A stretch of DNA of 34,687 nucleotides from Silvanigrellaceae bacterium (GTDB lineage Bacteria; Bdellovibrionota_B; Oligoflexia; Silvanigrellales; Silvanigrellaceae). A program made the translations under genes and the position numbers. Positions 17,356 to 25,596 of this stretch are shown piece after piece. Position 1 is the stretch's first letter; each line of letters begins with the position of its first letter. Location of the stretch: assembly GCA_049423385.1 (NCBI GenBank), contig JBMSQQ010000032.1, positions 1 through 34,687 on the forward strand, read 5' to 3'. The notes under the pieces are model-generated. The model was not told the origin of the DNA, did no database searches, and saw only the letters and a list, made by a program, of their open reading frames with translations.

Positions 17356-17789
17356 TGACGAAAAAATTTAAATCCATCATACCGCTGATCGCCCTCGTGC
17401 TGACGGGTCCGCTTGAAAGTGGATACACGTACAGACCGGAAGGAAAACCGGATCCGTTTGCTCCGTTGTCTTTGATAAGACCAACGCTCACGGGAACAAC
17501 CCGATTGCAGCAACATGAAATTTCGGAATTTGAATTGGTCGGAACCCTATTTGGAAAGGAACCAACCGCCCTTCTCATGACTCCCGACCCAAAAGAAGGT
17601 ATCATTGCCCGGATTGGCGACCGCATCGGCCGACATGGTGGACGCGTTGTTTCCATCACCCGCGACAGGGTTCTCACACGCGAACCATCTGCAAATTCAG
17701 TTCCTGGCCAATCAATCCAATTCACCGACATTATAATTCCATTTTCAAAAATGCGGGCTGCTGAGCCACCGAAGGAGCAGAAAAAATGA
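17355..17789 (+). CDS. pilP: type IV pilus assembly protein PilP (no lipobox)
   Basis: YRPEGKPDPF, LQQHEISEFELVGTL and IGDRIGRHGGRVVSI are PilP signatures. Confidence 0.88.
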   Translation: MTKKFKSIIPLIALVLTGPLESGYTYRPEGKPDPFAPLSLIRPTLTGTTRLQQHEISEFELVGTLFGKEPTALLMTPDPKEGIIARIGDRIGRHGGRVVSITRDRVLTREPSANSVPGQSIQFTDIIIPFSKMRAAEPPKEQKK

Positions 17790-19828
17790 AACAAAATTCA
17801 TTTGGCAGACGCAAGTTGGCCTCGCTCGTCATCGGCAGTTCCCCCTTGTACCTGACGGTCGCAGGCGCCCTCGCGCAAACAAATGCCGGACCCGTTCCGC
17901 CTCCACAAGTCAACAATTTCACAGCAACCAACTCCATGAATGGTGCAACTTCAAACCAAAGTGGCACATCACAGGCAAGCGACACCACAGGCAACGAGCC
18001 GGGCAGTGATCTCGTTTCAGTCGAGTACCGGAATGCTCCGCTGGTTGAAGTGATCAGGACGCTTGCCGACGGGGCAAACATCAACATCACACTTTCGCCT
18101 GAAGTCGAAAAAGGAAGTCCCGTATCCATTCGGCTCAACAAAGTGACTTATGAACAGGCCATGAAATCAATTCTCGAGGCCTACAAATTCGGCTCCGTTT
18201 TTGAAAACGGAATTCTGAAAATCGATACACTTGCAAATTTGAATGCCGTGCGGGAAGAAAAGCTCAAGGAGAAAGAATCAGCTTGGAAGATTCTTCCAAC
18301 CAAACGCCTCGTTTGGCAGGTGAATTATGCGAAAGCGACCGAGCTTCAACCACTGCTCGACGTCATGCTCAAGGGCTACAAGGTCGATCCTCGTTTTTCA
18401 ATCATTTCCGACAAACGGACCAACAAGCTGGTGATTGAGGGAATTGCCGATGCCCTGGTTGAAGCCAAGTCGATCCTGGAGAATCTCGACAAGAGGAAAC
18501 AGCAGGTACTCATTGAGGCCCGAATCGTCGAGGCAAGCAACGAGCTTTCAAAGACACTCAGCATCACCTGGGGTACGCGCTTTGGTTTCGATGGAAACCG
18601 CGGGCTTGCCAATGGTCTTATCTTTCCAAACTCACTGACAGGCAATGTGGGTGGGGCCGGAGCATTGGGCTCCAGCGCACCAAACCCGGGACTTGCAACT
18701 TCGCCGACTCAGTTTGGAACACTGCAATTCACAGTGGGCTCCATCAACAATCTCATCAATATCGATGCGATTCTTCGCGCGTACGAAACCGAATCCCTGG
18801 CGAATGTTATCGCCTCGCCCAGGGTGGTGGTTCAAGACCAGGAAAAAGCAATCATCAAGGAAGATGTGCAGTTGTCGCGCAACGTTCTTGGCCCAGATGG
18901 AAAGCCGGAAGGCAGAAACACAATCGCGGCACTTGAGCTGCAGGTTGCCCCACAGGTGACCTCGGAGAACACCCTGGAATTGGATATTCAGGTCCAACGA
19001 CAAACTCCCACAAACCCACCAACAGACCCGGTGCAGGGCTCCATCAAGCGGCAAGCAAACACGAAATTGATTGTCGGCAATGGAGAAACCGCAGTCATCG
19101 GCGGTTTGTATCAAACACAGAAGTTCAAGGGACAAGGCCGGGTTCCATTTCTAGGCAAGCTTCCTCTCATTGGCGCGTTGTTCAGATCAAATGAGGAACA
19201 AAGTTTCCGCTCGGAGTTGATGGTCCTGATCACTCCAAGAATTCTGCCAGGCGGTCCCGGTCGTTCGTCTGCGCGCACGGACTTGCCGATATTGGGCGGC
19301 GATTCTGGAACCGTTTCAAACAACGGTGGTGATTTTGGCAATGCCGGCGGAAATTCGTTCGGCAACAATTCAGGCAATGTAAATTCAAACTCAAACAGTC
19401 AGAATGCAAAGAAAAACAATGCAGCTGGTGGAAGCGCTCCCGTCAGCAAAAGCAATGCCGCAGGAGCAGCCGCTCCGTCTGGAAATGATTTTGGCAGCCC
19501 AGACGATTTTGGATCCGACATTCCGCCCGGAAACGGAGCGGGATTGGGTGGCGGTTCTACCAACACAGCCAAGGCAAATGCCGGTGGTGGAGGGAACAAT
19601 CTTGACAATCTGGGCAATGGAGGAGGTGGCGACTCCGGCGGGGAAAACGGCGGAGGCAACAACCTCAATAACCTGGGCAACGGGGGCGGCAATTCAGGTG
19701 GCGGTTCTGGAGATGAGGGCAACCTCAACAACCTGAACGGGGGAAATGGCGGAGGCGGTGCGCCTGCCAACCAATCCGGCTCCGGTGGAGGAAACAACCT
19801 GAACAATTTGAATGGAGGTGACCTGTGA
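17786..19828 (+). CDS. pilQ: type IV pilus secretin PilQ, without AMIN domains and with a ~190-aa Gly/Asn-rich tail
   Basis: N0-like domain, VNYAKA, DKRTNKLVI, LDKRKQQVLIEARIVEA, NGETAVIGGL, VPFLGKLPLIGALFR, ELMVLITPRI. Confidence 0.93.
   Translation: MKQNSFGRRKLASLVIGSSPLYLTVAGALAQTNAGPVPPPQVNNFTATNSMNGATSNQSGTSQASDTTGNEPGSDLVSVEYRNAPLVEVIRTLADGANINITLSPEVEKGSPVSIRLNKVTYEQAMKSILEAYKFGSVFENGILKIDTLANLNAVREEKLKEKESAWKILPTKRLVWQVNYAKATELQPLLDVMLKGYKVDPRFSIISDKRTNKLVIEGIADALVEAKSILENLDKRKQQVLIEARIVEASNELSKTLSITWGTRFGFDGNRGLANGLIFPNSLTGNVGGAGALGSSAPNPGLATSPTQFGTLQFTVGSINNLINIDAILRAYETESLANVIASPRVVVQDQEKAIIKEDVQLSRNVLGPDGKPEGRNTIAALELQVAPQVTSENTLELDIQVQRQTPTNPPTDPVQGSIKRQANTKLIVGNGETAVIGGLYQTQKFKGQGRVPFLGKLPLIGALFRSNEEQSFRSELMVLITPRILPGGPGRSSARTDLPILGGDSGTVSNNGGDFGNAGGNSFGNNSGNVNSNSNSQNAKKNNAAGGSAPVSKSNAAGAAAPSGNDFGSPDDFGSDIPPGNGAGLGGGSTNTAKANAGGGGNNLDNLGNGGGGDSGGENGGGNNLNNLGNGGGNSGGGSGDEGNLNNLNGGNGGGGAPANQSGSGGGNNLNNLNGGDL
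19595..19813 (+). repeat. four (N/G)NL(N/D)NL(G/N) peptide repeats separated by Gly-rich spacers in the PilQ tail
   Basis: NNLDNLG, NNLNNLG, GNLNNLN, NNLNNLN; synonymous codons differ between copies. Confidence 0.85.
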
Positions 19829-20397
19829 TTACGATGCTGCGACATGCAAAGCAAAAGCGCATCACCACAGTTGCCTTGAACACTTTCTTAATTTCTGCCG
19901 CTTTGGCTGTGCAAAGCTGTTCGACAGTTGAGCCAGGAACCGGGCGATGCAAGGCCTTCAAGGACCCCAAATACGTTGCTTCGTCTGTAGATACCGACGG
20001 AAAAAAGTGGAACCTTATCGTAAACCCCGACGTCGCCGATTTGAAGTGTGATTACTCGGGAACAACCCCCTCAAAAGGAGAAATTTCCTTCACCGCCGTC
20101 GTCTATGATGGCCAAGGCTTCGCCAAGCCAGCTCTGGCAATCAATGCCGGCTTTGCCGGCTCAACGAGCACACAGGATGGTTCAGGGTTCGTGGTTGACC
20201 CCGAAAGAAGTGATGTTGCGACCGATTCCTGCGGAACAGCAGTCTTCACGGTGAAATGGACTTGCCCTGCCGCCAAAAAATCAGCTGGCGGATACTTTTA
20301 CGTGAGCAGTGGCCCACTGGGGAGCAAACCTGTCAAGGTAACACTTGAACACACAGTCCAGCCCGATACTGTCCCTGCCACGACAACCACCAAGTAA
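19825..20397 (+). CDS. beta-rich lipoprotein (Ig-like?) translationally coupled to pilQ
   Basis: lipobox VQSC; four further Cys; ATDSCGTAVFTV resembles bacterial Ig-like strands; GTGA overlap and GGAGG RBS. Confidence 0.75.
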   Translation: MITMLRHAKQKRITTVALNTFLISAALAVQSCSTVEPGTGRCKAFKDPKYVASSVDTDGKKWNLIVNPDVADLKCDYSGTTPSKGEISFTAVVYDGQGFAKPALAINAGFAGSTSTQDGSGFVVDPERSDVATDSCGTAVFTVKWTCPAAKKSAGGYFYVSSGPLGSKPVKVTLEHTVQPDTVPATTTTK

Positions 20398-20403
20398 TGA
20401 CTT

Positions 20404-20432
20404 TTCACTGAACCTCGACTTTCTGCTATCCT
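20404..20432 (+). promoter_or_regulatory. putative sigma70 promoter of the TPR-aroQ-manA-mglA unit
   Basis: TTCACT-N17-TATCCT, with TGc extended -10. Confidence 0.45.
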
Positions 20433-20469
20433 GAGTTGCAAGGCAAAACCGCCTTGATGGCACGAGGGC

Positions 20470-21792
20470 ATGGCAGGCATGGCATTGAATTTCAAATCTC
20501 TTTGGTCACAGCTCAGTGGCATCACCGCTCAAGAAAAAGAATTGATAGAGCAACTGGAAAAGGATCCAAAATCGACCACCCTCGTCGCAGCTTCGGATAT
20601 TCTGCGCAAACGCGGATACATTGATGAATCGATTGTTCTGCTCGAGGACACAGTCAAGCGCTTTCCCAATTACATGGCCGCGCGCGTCGCCTTGGGTCGT
20701 GACTATTTTTCACGTGGGATGTTTCAGGAATGCCAGAGGGAAATCGAACTGGCACTTTCGCAATCAGTCGAAAACCTGATGGCACAGCGACTTCAGCTCA
20801 AACTTGCACTTCTCAACAATGACCTTGAAAAAACTCACGCAGCTGTTGAAGTGCTCCGGGCTCTGACTCCTATGGACGACTTCACCCGATCTGCAAAAGA
20901 GTATGTCGATTTTGGAGACTATGCGTCGGCACGGAACATTGTACTTGCCGATTTGCGCCGCCACGGCATCACACCTCCTGAATCCCTGACAGCCCAATCA
21001 CAAGAATCGGCAAAAAGAGTCGAGACCTCGACGTCGGTTTCGAATCAAATGCGCTCACCAATTTTGCATCAGGCACCAACATCCGTTGCAGTTGAAAACA
21101 CATCGGCAGCTCAAAATCAGGAATGGCAGGTTCCGGCGCCAACCAGCGACCAATCCGTAGCGCAAAACTTTTCAGCACCAGCGATCGGCTCTGATGCACT
21201 TTTGAATTTCGGAACCGGCGGTGTGAGTATTCAACCGGCCCTTATCGACAATTCATCAATGTTCGCCGATTTGCCACCGTGGATCAACGAGCAGCTGCTG
21301 CCACCCGCATTCAGTCCTGGTTCAGGTTTGGCAAACGTGCGTGGCGATCTGGATCGCTATCTTCAACTGAGGGCTTTCAGACTCATCACTTCTCCGGAAG
21401 CATTTTCACGCAAAAGAGCATTGCAGCAAGCTTACAGCCTCGAAAGCACAACACTTGCCGACATCTATGCAAGCCAAGGACATTACGAACGCGCGATTGC
21501 GATTTACGAGAGATTGCTCAAGGACAATCCGGGACAGATGTCACTCCGCCAGCGGCTCGACAACCTGCAAGAAGAAGCGCGAAAGGCATCAGCCGAACGA
21601 TTTGGAACCCCAACGGCACCTGCGAAACCAGCAACTCCTTCAAATACAGCAGCGCAGGCAGAACGTGAACGCAAACTGAAATTCCTTGAAGCCTTGTTGA
21701 AAAAGATGGACGAACGAGTCGTATCGCATGCACCACAACAATCGACACCCCAGTGGCAGGATGACCAAAAATCAGGAAATGGTGACAAATGA
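20470..21792 (+). CDS. tetratricopeptide repeat protein
   Basis: N-terminal TPRs (FPNYMAARVALGRDY), disordered linker, C-terminal TTLADIYASQGHYERAIAIYERLL TPR. Confidence 0.85.
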   Translation: MAGMALNFKSLWSQLSGITAQEKELIEQLEKDPKSTTLVAASDILRKRGYIDESIVLLEDTVKRFPNYMAARVALGRDYFSRGMFQECQREIELALSQSVENLMAQRLQLKLALLNNDLEKTHAAVEVLRALTPMDDFTRSAKEYVDFGDYASARNIVLADLRRHGITPPESLTAQSQESAKRVETSTSVSNQMRSPILHQAPTSVAVENTSAAQNQEWQVPAPTSDQSVAQNFSAPAIGSDALLNFGTGGVSIQPALIDNSSMFADLPPWINEQLLPPAFSPGSGLANVRGDLDRYLQLRAFRLITSPEAFSRKRALQQAYSLESTTLADIYASQGHYERAIAIYERLLKDNPGQMSLRQRLDNLQEEARKASAERFGTPTAPAKPATPSNTAAQAERERKLKFLEALLKKMDERVVSHAPQQSTPQWQDDQKSGNGDK

Positions 21793-22277
21793 TAAAGATT
21801 TTACTTATCCATGGCCCCAACCTGGGACTGCTCGGGCGGCGCGAACCCAACGTCTATGGGCACGAAACACAGGACGACCTGCTGGACAGAGTCAAACGCG
21901 AATGTTCATCTTCACAATTCGAGGTTGAACTCGTGCAATCCAACCATGAAGGTGTCGTTCTCGATGTCTTGAATCAGATTGTTCGCGATCACCATGCTGG
22001 AAATTCTCCTGTGGGAGGTATTCTGATCAATCCCGGAGCGTGGACGCACACGAGCATCGCCCTCCGCGATGCTCTTTCAATGGTTCAGGAAACCGGCCTG
22101 CCTGTCATTGAAGTACATCTGAGCAACACCGCGGCGCGTGAAAATTTTCGCCACAACTCGATGGTGGCGCCAGTTGTGACCGGAGGCGTCGTTGGTTTGG
22201 GAGCCGCAGGATACACGGCGGCCGCGCGTGCTCTGGTTGAACTTGTGCACAACAAAAGCAAAGTCAGGAACCTTTGA
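21789..22277 (+). CDS. aroQ: type II 3-dehydroquinate dehydratase
   Basis: HGPNLGLLGRREPNVYG, QSNHEG, INPGAWTHTSIALRDAL, EVHLSN..RENFRH. Confidence 0.97.
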   Translation: MIKILLIHGPNLGLLGRREPNVYGHETQDDLLDRVKRECSSSQFEVELVQSNHEGVVLDVLNQIVRDHHAGNSPVGGILINPGAWTHTSIALRDALSMVQETGLPVIEVHLSNTAARENFRHNSMVAPVVTGGVVGLGAAGYTAAARALVELVHNKSKVRNL

Positions 22278-23369
22278 ATGAATCCATTTTTTTTGAAATT
22301 TGACCCATACAATTTTGTTCCCGTCAGCCGTACACCTTGGGCAGGACAGTTGATTGGTGTGACAAAAGTCAGAGCTCTGCCCGCTCCTCAGGGTGGGTGG
22401 CCCGAACGCATTGGCGAAAGCTGGGAAGTTTCCACCGACGAACAATTCCCTTCAAAAATCACGAATGCCCCAGATGACATGGGCAGGGAAATTCTTTTAA
22501 CCAACATGCTCGAGCAAGCCCCGGAATGGTTTTTGGGCACTCCATTGGCAAAGGAATTTGGCGCTCATTGCCCATTGCTCTTGAAATGGCTCAATGCCAA
22601 GGAACCCTTGTCTGTTCAGGTTCATCCCAACCATTCACATCCGTTGCTCAAAGCCGGTGAATGTGGAAAGCCGGAAAGTTGGCTCGTGATGAACAACTCC
22701 AATGATCAGGGCTACGTGTTTTTGGGATTCAAGGAAGGACTTTCAAAAGACGACATCATGACGGCCCTGCGACAGGATAGACCTCGCGATGTCATGCATG
22801 TCGTCTATCCCAAAGTCGGCGACTACATATCAATACCTACCGGCTGCGTGCATGCCACGGGCCCGGGTGTGCTTATCGCCGAGCCGCAATATATCTTGCC
22901 CGGAAAATCCGGCAAGACTTGGCGAATTTCAGATTGGGGCCGTCGCTACAACAGCCGCGGTGATGTTGATCCGCAGGGTCAACCCAGAGAACTGCACATC
23001 GACGAGGCTCTCAGTGCAATCGATTGGAATCTGCCTCGCGGCGCGCAGCTTGAAAAGCTTCTTGTTCAACGCATGGAGCACAAAAAGATATTTTCTGGAA
23101 ACAGCCAAAACCCATTCCCGGTGCAGGTTTTCTCCCAGGCAGGAATTTACGAATACACGCCGCTTGTTGACCAGCAGTTCTCACTGGTCACATGTTGGGA
23201 AGGAAAACTTCAATTGATTGCAAAGTCGGGTGAGGCAGTCGTCCTGCGCGCGGGAGAAAGCGGACTTGTGTCCGCTGCAGTTGGAACAATCAAAATTGCC
23301 TTGGCTGAACCACTTCCACTGGTTCGTCCTGAGTGCGCTTTTTTTGCGTTCAAGACCAAAACCGAGTGA
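22278..23369 (+). CDS. manA: type I mannose-6-phosphate isomerase (cupin)
   Basis: IGESWEVS, PLLLKWL, LSVQVHP, GKPESW, GCVHA, RISDWGR, RELH. Confidence 0.85.
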   Translation: MNPFFLKFDPYNFVPVSRTPWAGQLIGVTKVRALPAPQGGWPERIGESWEVSTDEQFPSKITNAPDDMGREILLTNMLEQAPEWFLGTPLAKEFGAHCPLLLKWLNAKEPLSVQVHPNHSHPLLKAGECGKPESWLVMNNSNDQGYVFLGFKEGLSKDDIMTALRQDRPRDVMHVVYPKVGDYISIPTGCVHATGPGVLIAEPQYILPGKSGKTWRISDWGRRYNSRGDVDPQGQPRELHIDEALSAIDWNLPRGAQLEKLLVQRMEHKKIFSGNSQNPFPVQVFSQAGIYEYTPLVDQQFSLVTCWEGKLQLIAKSGEAVVLRAGESGLVSAAVGTIKIALAEPLPLVRPECAFFAFKTKTE

Positions 23370-23379
23370 GGGGTTAACA

Positions 23380-23985
23380 ATGGCAATCATCAACGAAGAA
23401 ACAAATGAAATTCATCTCAAGATTCTTTTGATTGGTGCTCAAGGTTCAGGAAAAACCACCAACCTGCAGAGTCTCTACAAACAAACGGCAGGAGATCTTG
23501 CAACCCGACTTTTTGACTTGCATGGAATGTCCAATCGAAATCCTTTTTTCGATTTTCTTCCACTCACGCTCGGCAAGCACCACAGTCACGACGTGCGTGC
23601 CCATTTGTACACGTTGCCGCATCACGAATTGCTGCAAACCATGAATCACGGGTTGATGGCGGGAGCAGACGGCGCAATTTTTGTCGTCGACAGCAGACTT
23701 CCTCGGCTTCCGGCCAGCGAAGAGCAATTCAAAAAATTGAAAGACTGCGTTCGCCTTGCGCACAAATCACCTTCTGATTTTTCGATTGTCGTGCAATTCA
23801 ATCATCGCGATGATCCCCAGGCCGTGCCGGTGGATGCGCTGCGAATGGCTTTTCACCTGGAAAATTCGCCAACCGTTGAGTCTGTGGCGGTTCAGGATAT
23901 TGGCACAGTGGAGTGTCTGGACGCCCTGGCCGACATGATACTGAATCAAATGGAGGTTCCGGCCCCCGCAGATGCCGGAAGCTGA
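23380..23985 (+). CDS. mglA: MglA-family small GTPase with degenerate G2/G3/G4 motifs
   Basis: GSGKTTNL, FFDFLPL, HLYT, GADGAIFVVDS, VQFNHRD; GAGGGG RBS before ATG 23380. Confidence 0.8.
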   Translation: MAIINEETNEIHLKILLIGAQGSGKTTNLQSLYKQTAGDLATRLFDLHGMSNRNPFFDFLPLTLGKHHSHDVRAHLYTLPHHELLQTMNHGLMAGADGAIFVVDSRLPRLPASEEQFKKLKDCVRLAHKSPSDFSIVVQFNHRDDPQAVPVDALRMAFHLENSPTVESVAVQDIGTVECLDALADMILNQMEVPAPADAGS

Positions 23986-23994
23986 AAAAACTCC

Positions 23995-24022
23995 TCAACT
24001 TTTTCTGACAATTTGCCGATCT
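23995..24022 (+). promoter_or_regulatory. putative sigma28 (FliA)-type promoter
   Basis: TCAACTTT-N12-GCCGATCT, ending 17 nt before ATG 24040. Confidence 0.4.
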
Positions 24023-24039
24023 CTTTCCAGAGGTGGGGT

Positions 24040-25482
24040 ATGAAAAAGGTTGAGAAAAATCGATTTGTTTTATCTCCGCGTGAACATCTGTTTCCAGCTT
24101 GTCTGGCAGTATCCCTGGTCTCGGGAAGTGCCCTTTTGATTGTGGCCTCGGCCTGTTCGAATTCCATCAACATCAATCCGCAATCTTCGAATTCGGCTGG
24201 CAAAAGCAAGACTTCGAAGACTTCCGCTGCTTTCGACGTGTTGCCCAACGTGACGGTGCCTTCCAATGGAGAGGTGTTGGGCTTGTCCTTCACCGACAAA
24301 AACAAAGCACTGTTTCTCTTGGATAATGGCAGTTCGCTGGCGTTGGATTTGGGCAGTGAAAATCCAACCCTGAGCAACCTCACCGCCCCGGCAGATTTCA
24401 GTGTTCCCGAAACAAAGCTTTATCCTGTCACCGAGGCTGACTGCTGGGCTGTGGGACAAAAGGAAATAAAGTTGAGATTTCAGAAAGATCCGAGCAGTGT
24501 CGCTGTCTTGGGTGCGAATGTGAACTTCGCCAGCGAACCTGTTGTGGTGACCGCTTCATCCCGCGCACTTCTTCTGAAAGTTGGAAATACCTACAAATTG
24601 TTGAGAGCTGCCGGTAGACTTGAAATTCTGTTCGATGGGCCGCTTGATTTTCAAGGAAAAACAGCTCCGATGCCCTCCATCTTGGGAGCGGGACTGATTG
24701 GCGAGATCGGCTTCTGGGTGTCCGACGGCGATAGACGCGTTGCGTTCCTCATTAAAAATGTTGGCCAGTTGCCAGTCATTGTAGCCGACAAAATCAGTGT
24801 TTCTCATCAAGGCTCATCACAGGTTGGCTTCAACGTTGTTGAGTCCAATTCGGCCATCGGATTCCTGGGTTCGGCTGTCGCTTACCGAAAATCAGATCGG
24901 GCTGTGCTCAAATCAGAAAATCTTGGTGATGGCTTCACCAGCGAGCCAGCTGCCCCTGGCAGTGGTGACATTCCGGATGCTGAAGTGCTTCAGTTGGTGA
25001 CCACAAATTGCGCGGGATGCCATGGCCCCGGCGCCACCAATGGTTTTCAGGATGCCACCAAAGAGGCTTCCTGGAAGTCGTCTGCAGCTCAACTCAAAGA
25101 AAAACTCGAAGCAAATGCGATGCCTCCTGGTGGCGGTCAACTCAGCCTTCGTCAGTCTTTGGCTGCGTATCTGACAAAGATCAGTGGACTGACGGTCAAT
25201 GTTGGAACCACTGCGACGCCAACTCCCACTGCAACTGCAGCACCGGATCCGAAACTTGCCGAGTTCAACTCGACCTACAAGACACTGATTCAAAACTCGT
25301 GTGTGAACGGTTGCCATACCCATGGTTTTCACCTTGGCAACGAAGCGACCTACGAACGGGTCAAAGCCAACAAAACCGCAATGAAGACACGACTCGACAA
25401 CAATTCGATGCCAAGAACTCCAGTGACCATTACGACTCAACAAAGAACGATGCTGTCGAACTGGTTGGGTTCGCTTCCGTGA
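24040..25482 (+). CDS. lipoprotein with a beta-rich N-terminal domain and two C-terminal c-type cytochrome domains
   Basis: lipobox ASAC; CAGCH...MPP and CVNGCH...MPR joined by a Thr/Pro/Ala linker. Confidence 0.8.
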   Translation: MKKVEKNRFVLSPREHLFPACLAVSLVSGSALLIVASACSNSININPQSSNSAGKSKTSKTSAAFDVLPNVTVPSNGEVLGLSFTDKNKALFLLDNGSSLALDLGSENPTLSNLTAPADFSVPETKLYPVTEADCWAVGQKEIKLRFQKDPSSVAVLGANVNFASEPVVVTASSRALLLKVGNTYKLLRAAGRLEILFDGPLDFQGKTAPMPSILGAGLIGEIGFWVSDGDRRVAFLIKNVGQLPVIVADKISVSHQGSSQVGFNVVESNSAIGFLGSAVAYRKSDRAVLKSENLGDGFTSEPAAPGSGDIPDAEVLQLVTTNCAGCHGPGATNGFQDATKEASWKSSAAQLKEKLEANAMPPGGGQLSLRQSLAAYLTKISGLTVNVGTTATPTPTATAAPDPKLAEFNSTYKTLIQNSCVNGCHTHGFHLGNEATYERVKANKTAMKTRLDNNSMPRTPVTITTQQRTMLSNWLGSLP

Positions 25483-25531
25483 GCTCTTGTTCCCGCTTTA
25501 CCGAGCCATTGTGAAGTTTCTTTGAACGATG

Positions 25532-25562
25532 AGAGCCGGCCCATTTGGAGTGGGCCGGCTCT
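25532..25562. terminator. strong hairpin between convergent genes, probable bidirectional terminator
   Basis: 12-bp stem AGAGCCGGCCCA/TGGGCCGGCTCT. Confidence 0.7.
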
Positions 25563-25596
25563 TCATTTACCGCCAGGGATGTCCTGCTTGGGTGGA

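Noticed and set aside
17786..17830. GRRKL in the PilQ leader as a Tat signal
   Set aside because: Poor match to S/T-R-R-x-F-L-K; secretins use Sec, and an ALA-Q site is present
19595..19813. spaced repeats as a CRISPR array
   Set aside because: The repeats are degenerate at synonymous positions and in frame within pilQ; no cas genes are present
20439..20456. GGCAAAACC as a possible c-di-GMP-I (GEMM) riboswitch
   Set aside because: No GNRA-capped P2 or GACGCAAAG/P3 element; it is just a 6-bp hairpin, CAAGGC/GCCTTG
23218..23379. N-terminal extension of the MglA-like ORF given in the ORF track
   Set aside because: It overlaps manA; the RBS and MglA homology begin at ATG 23380
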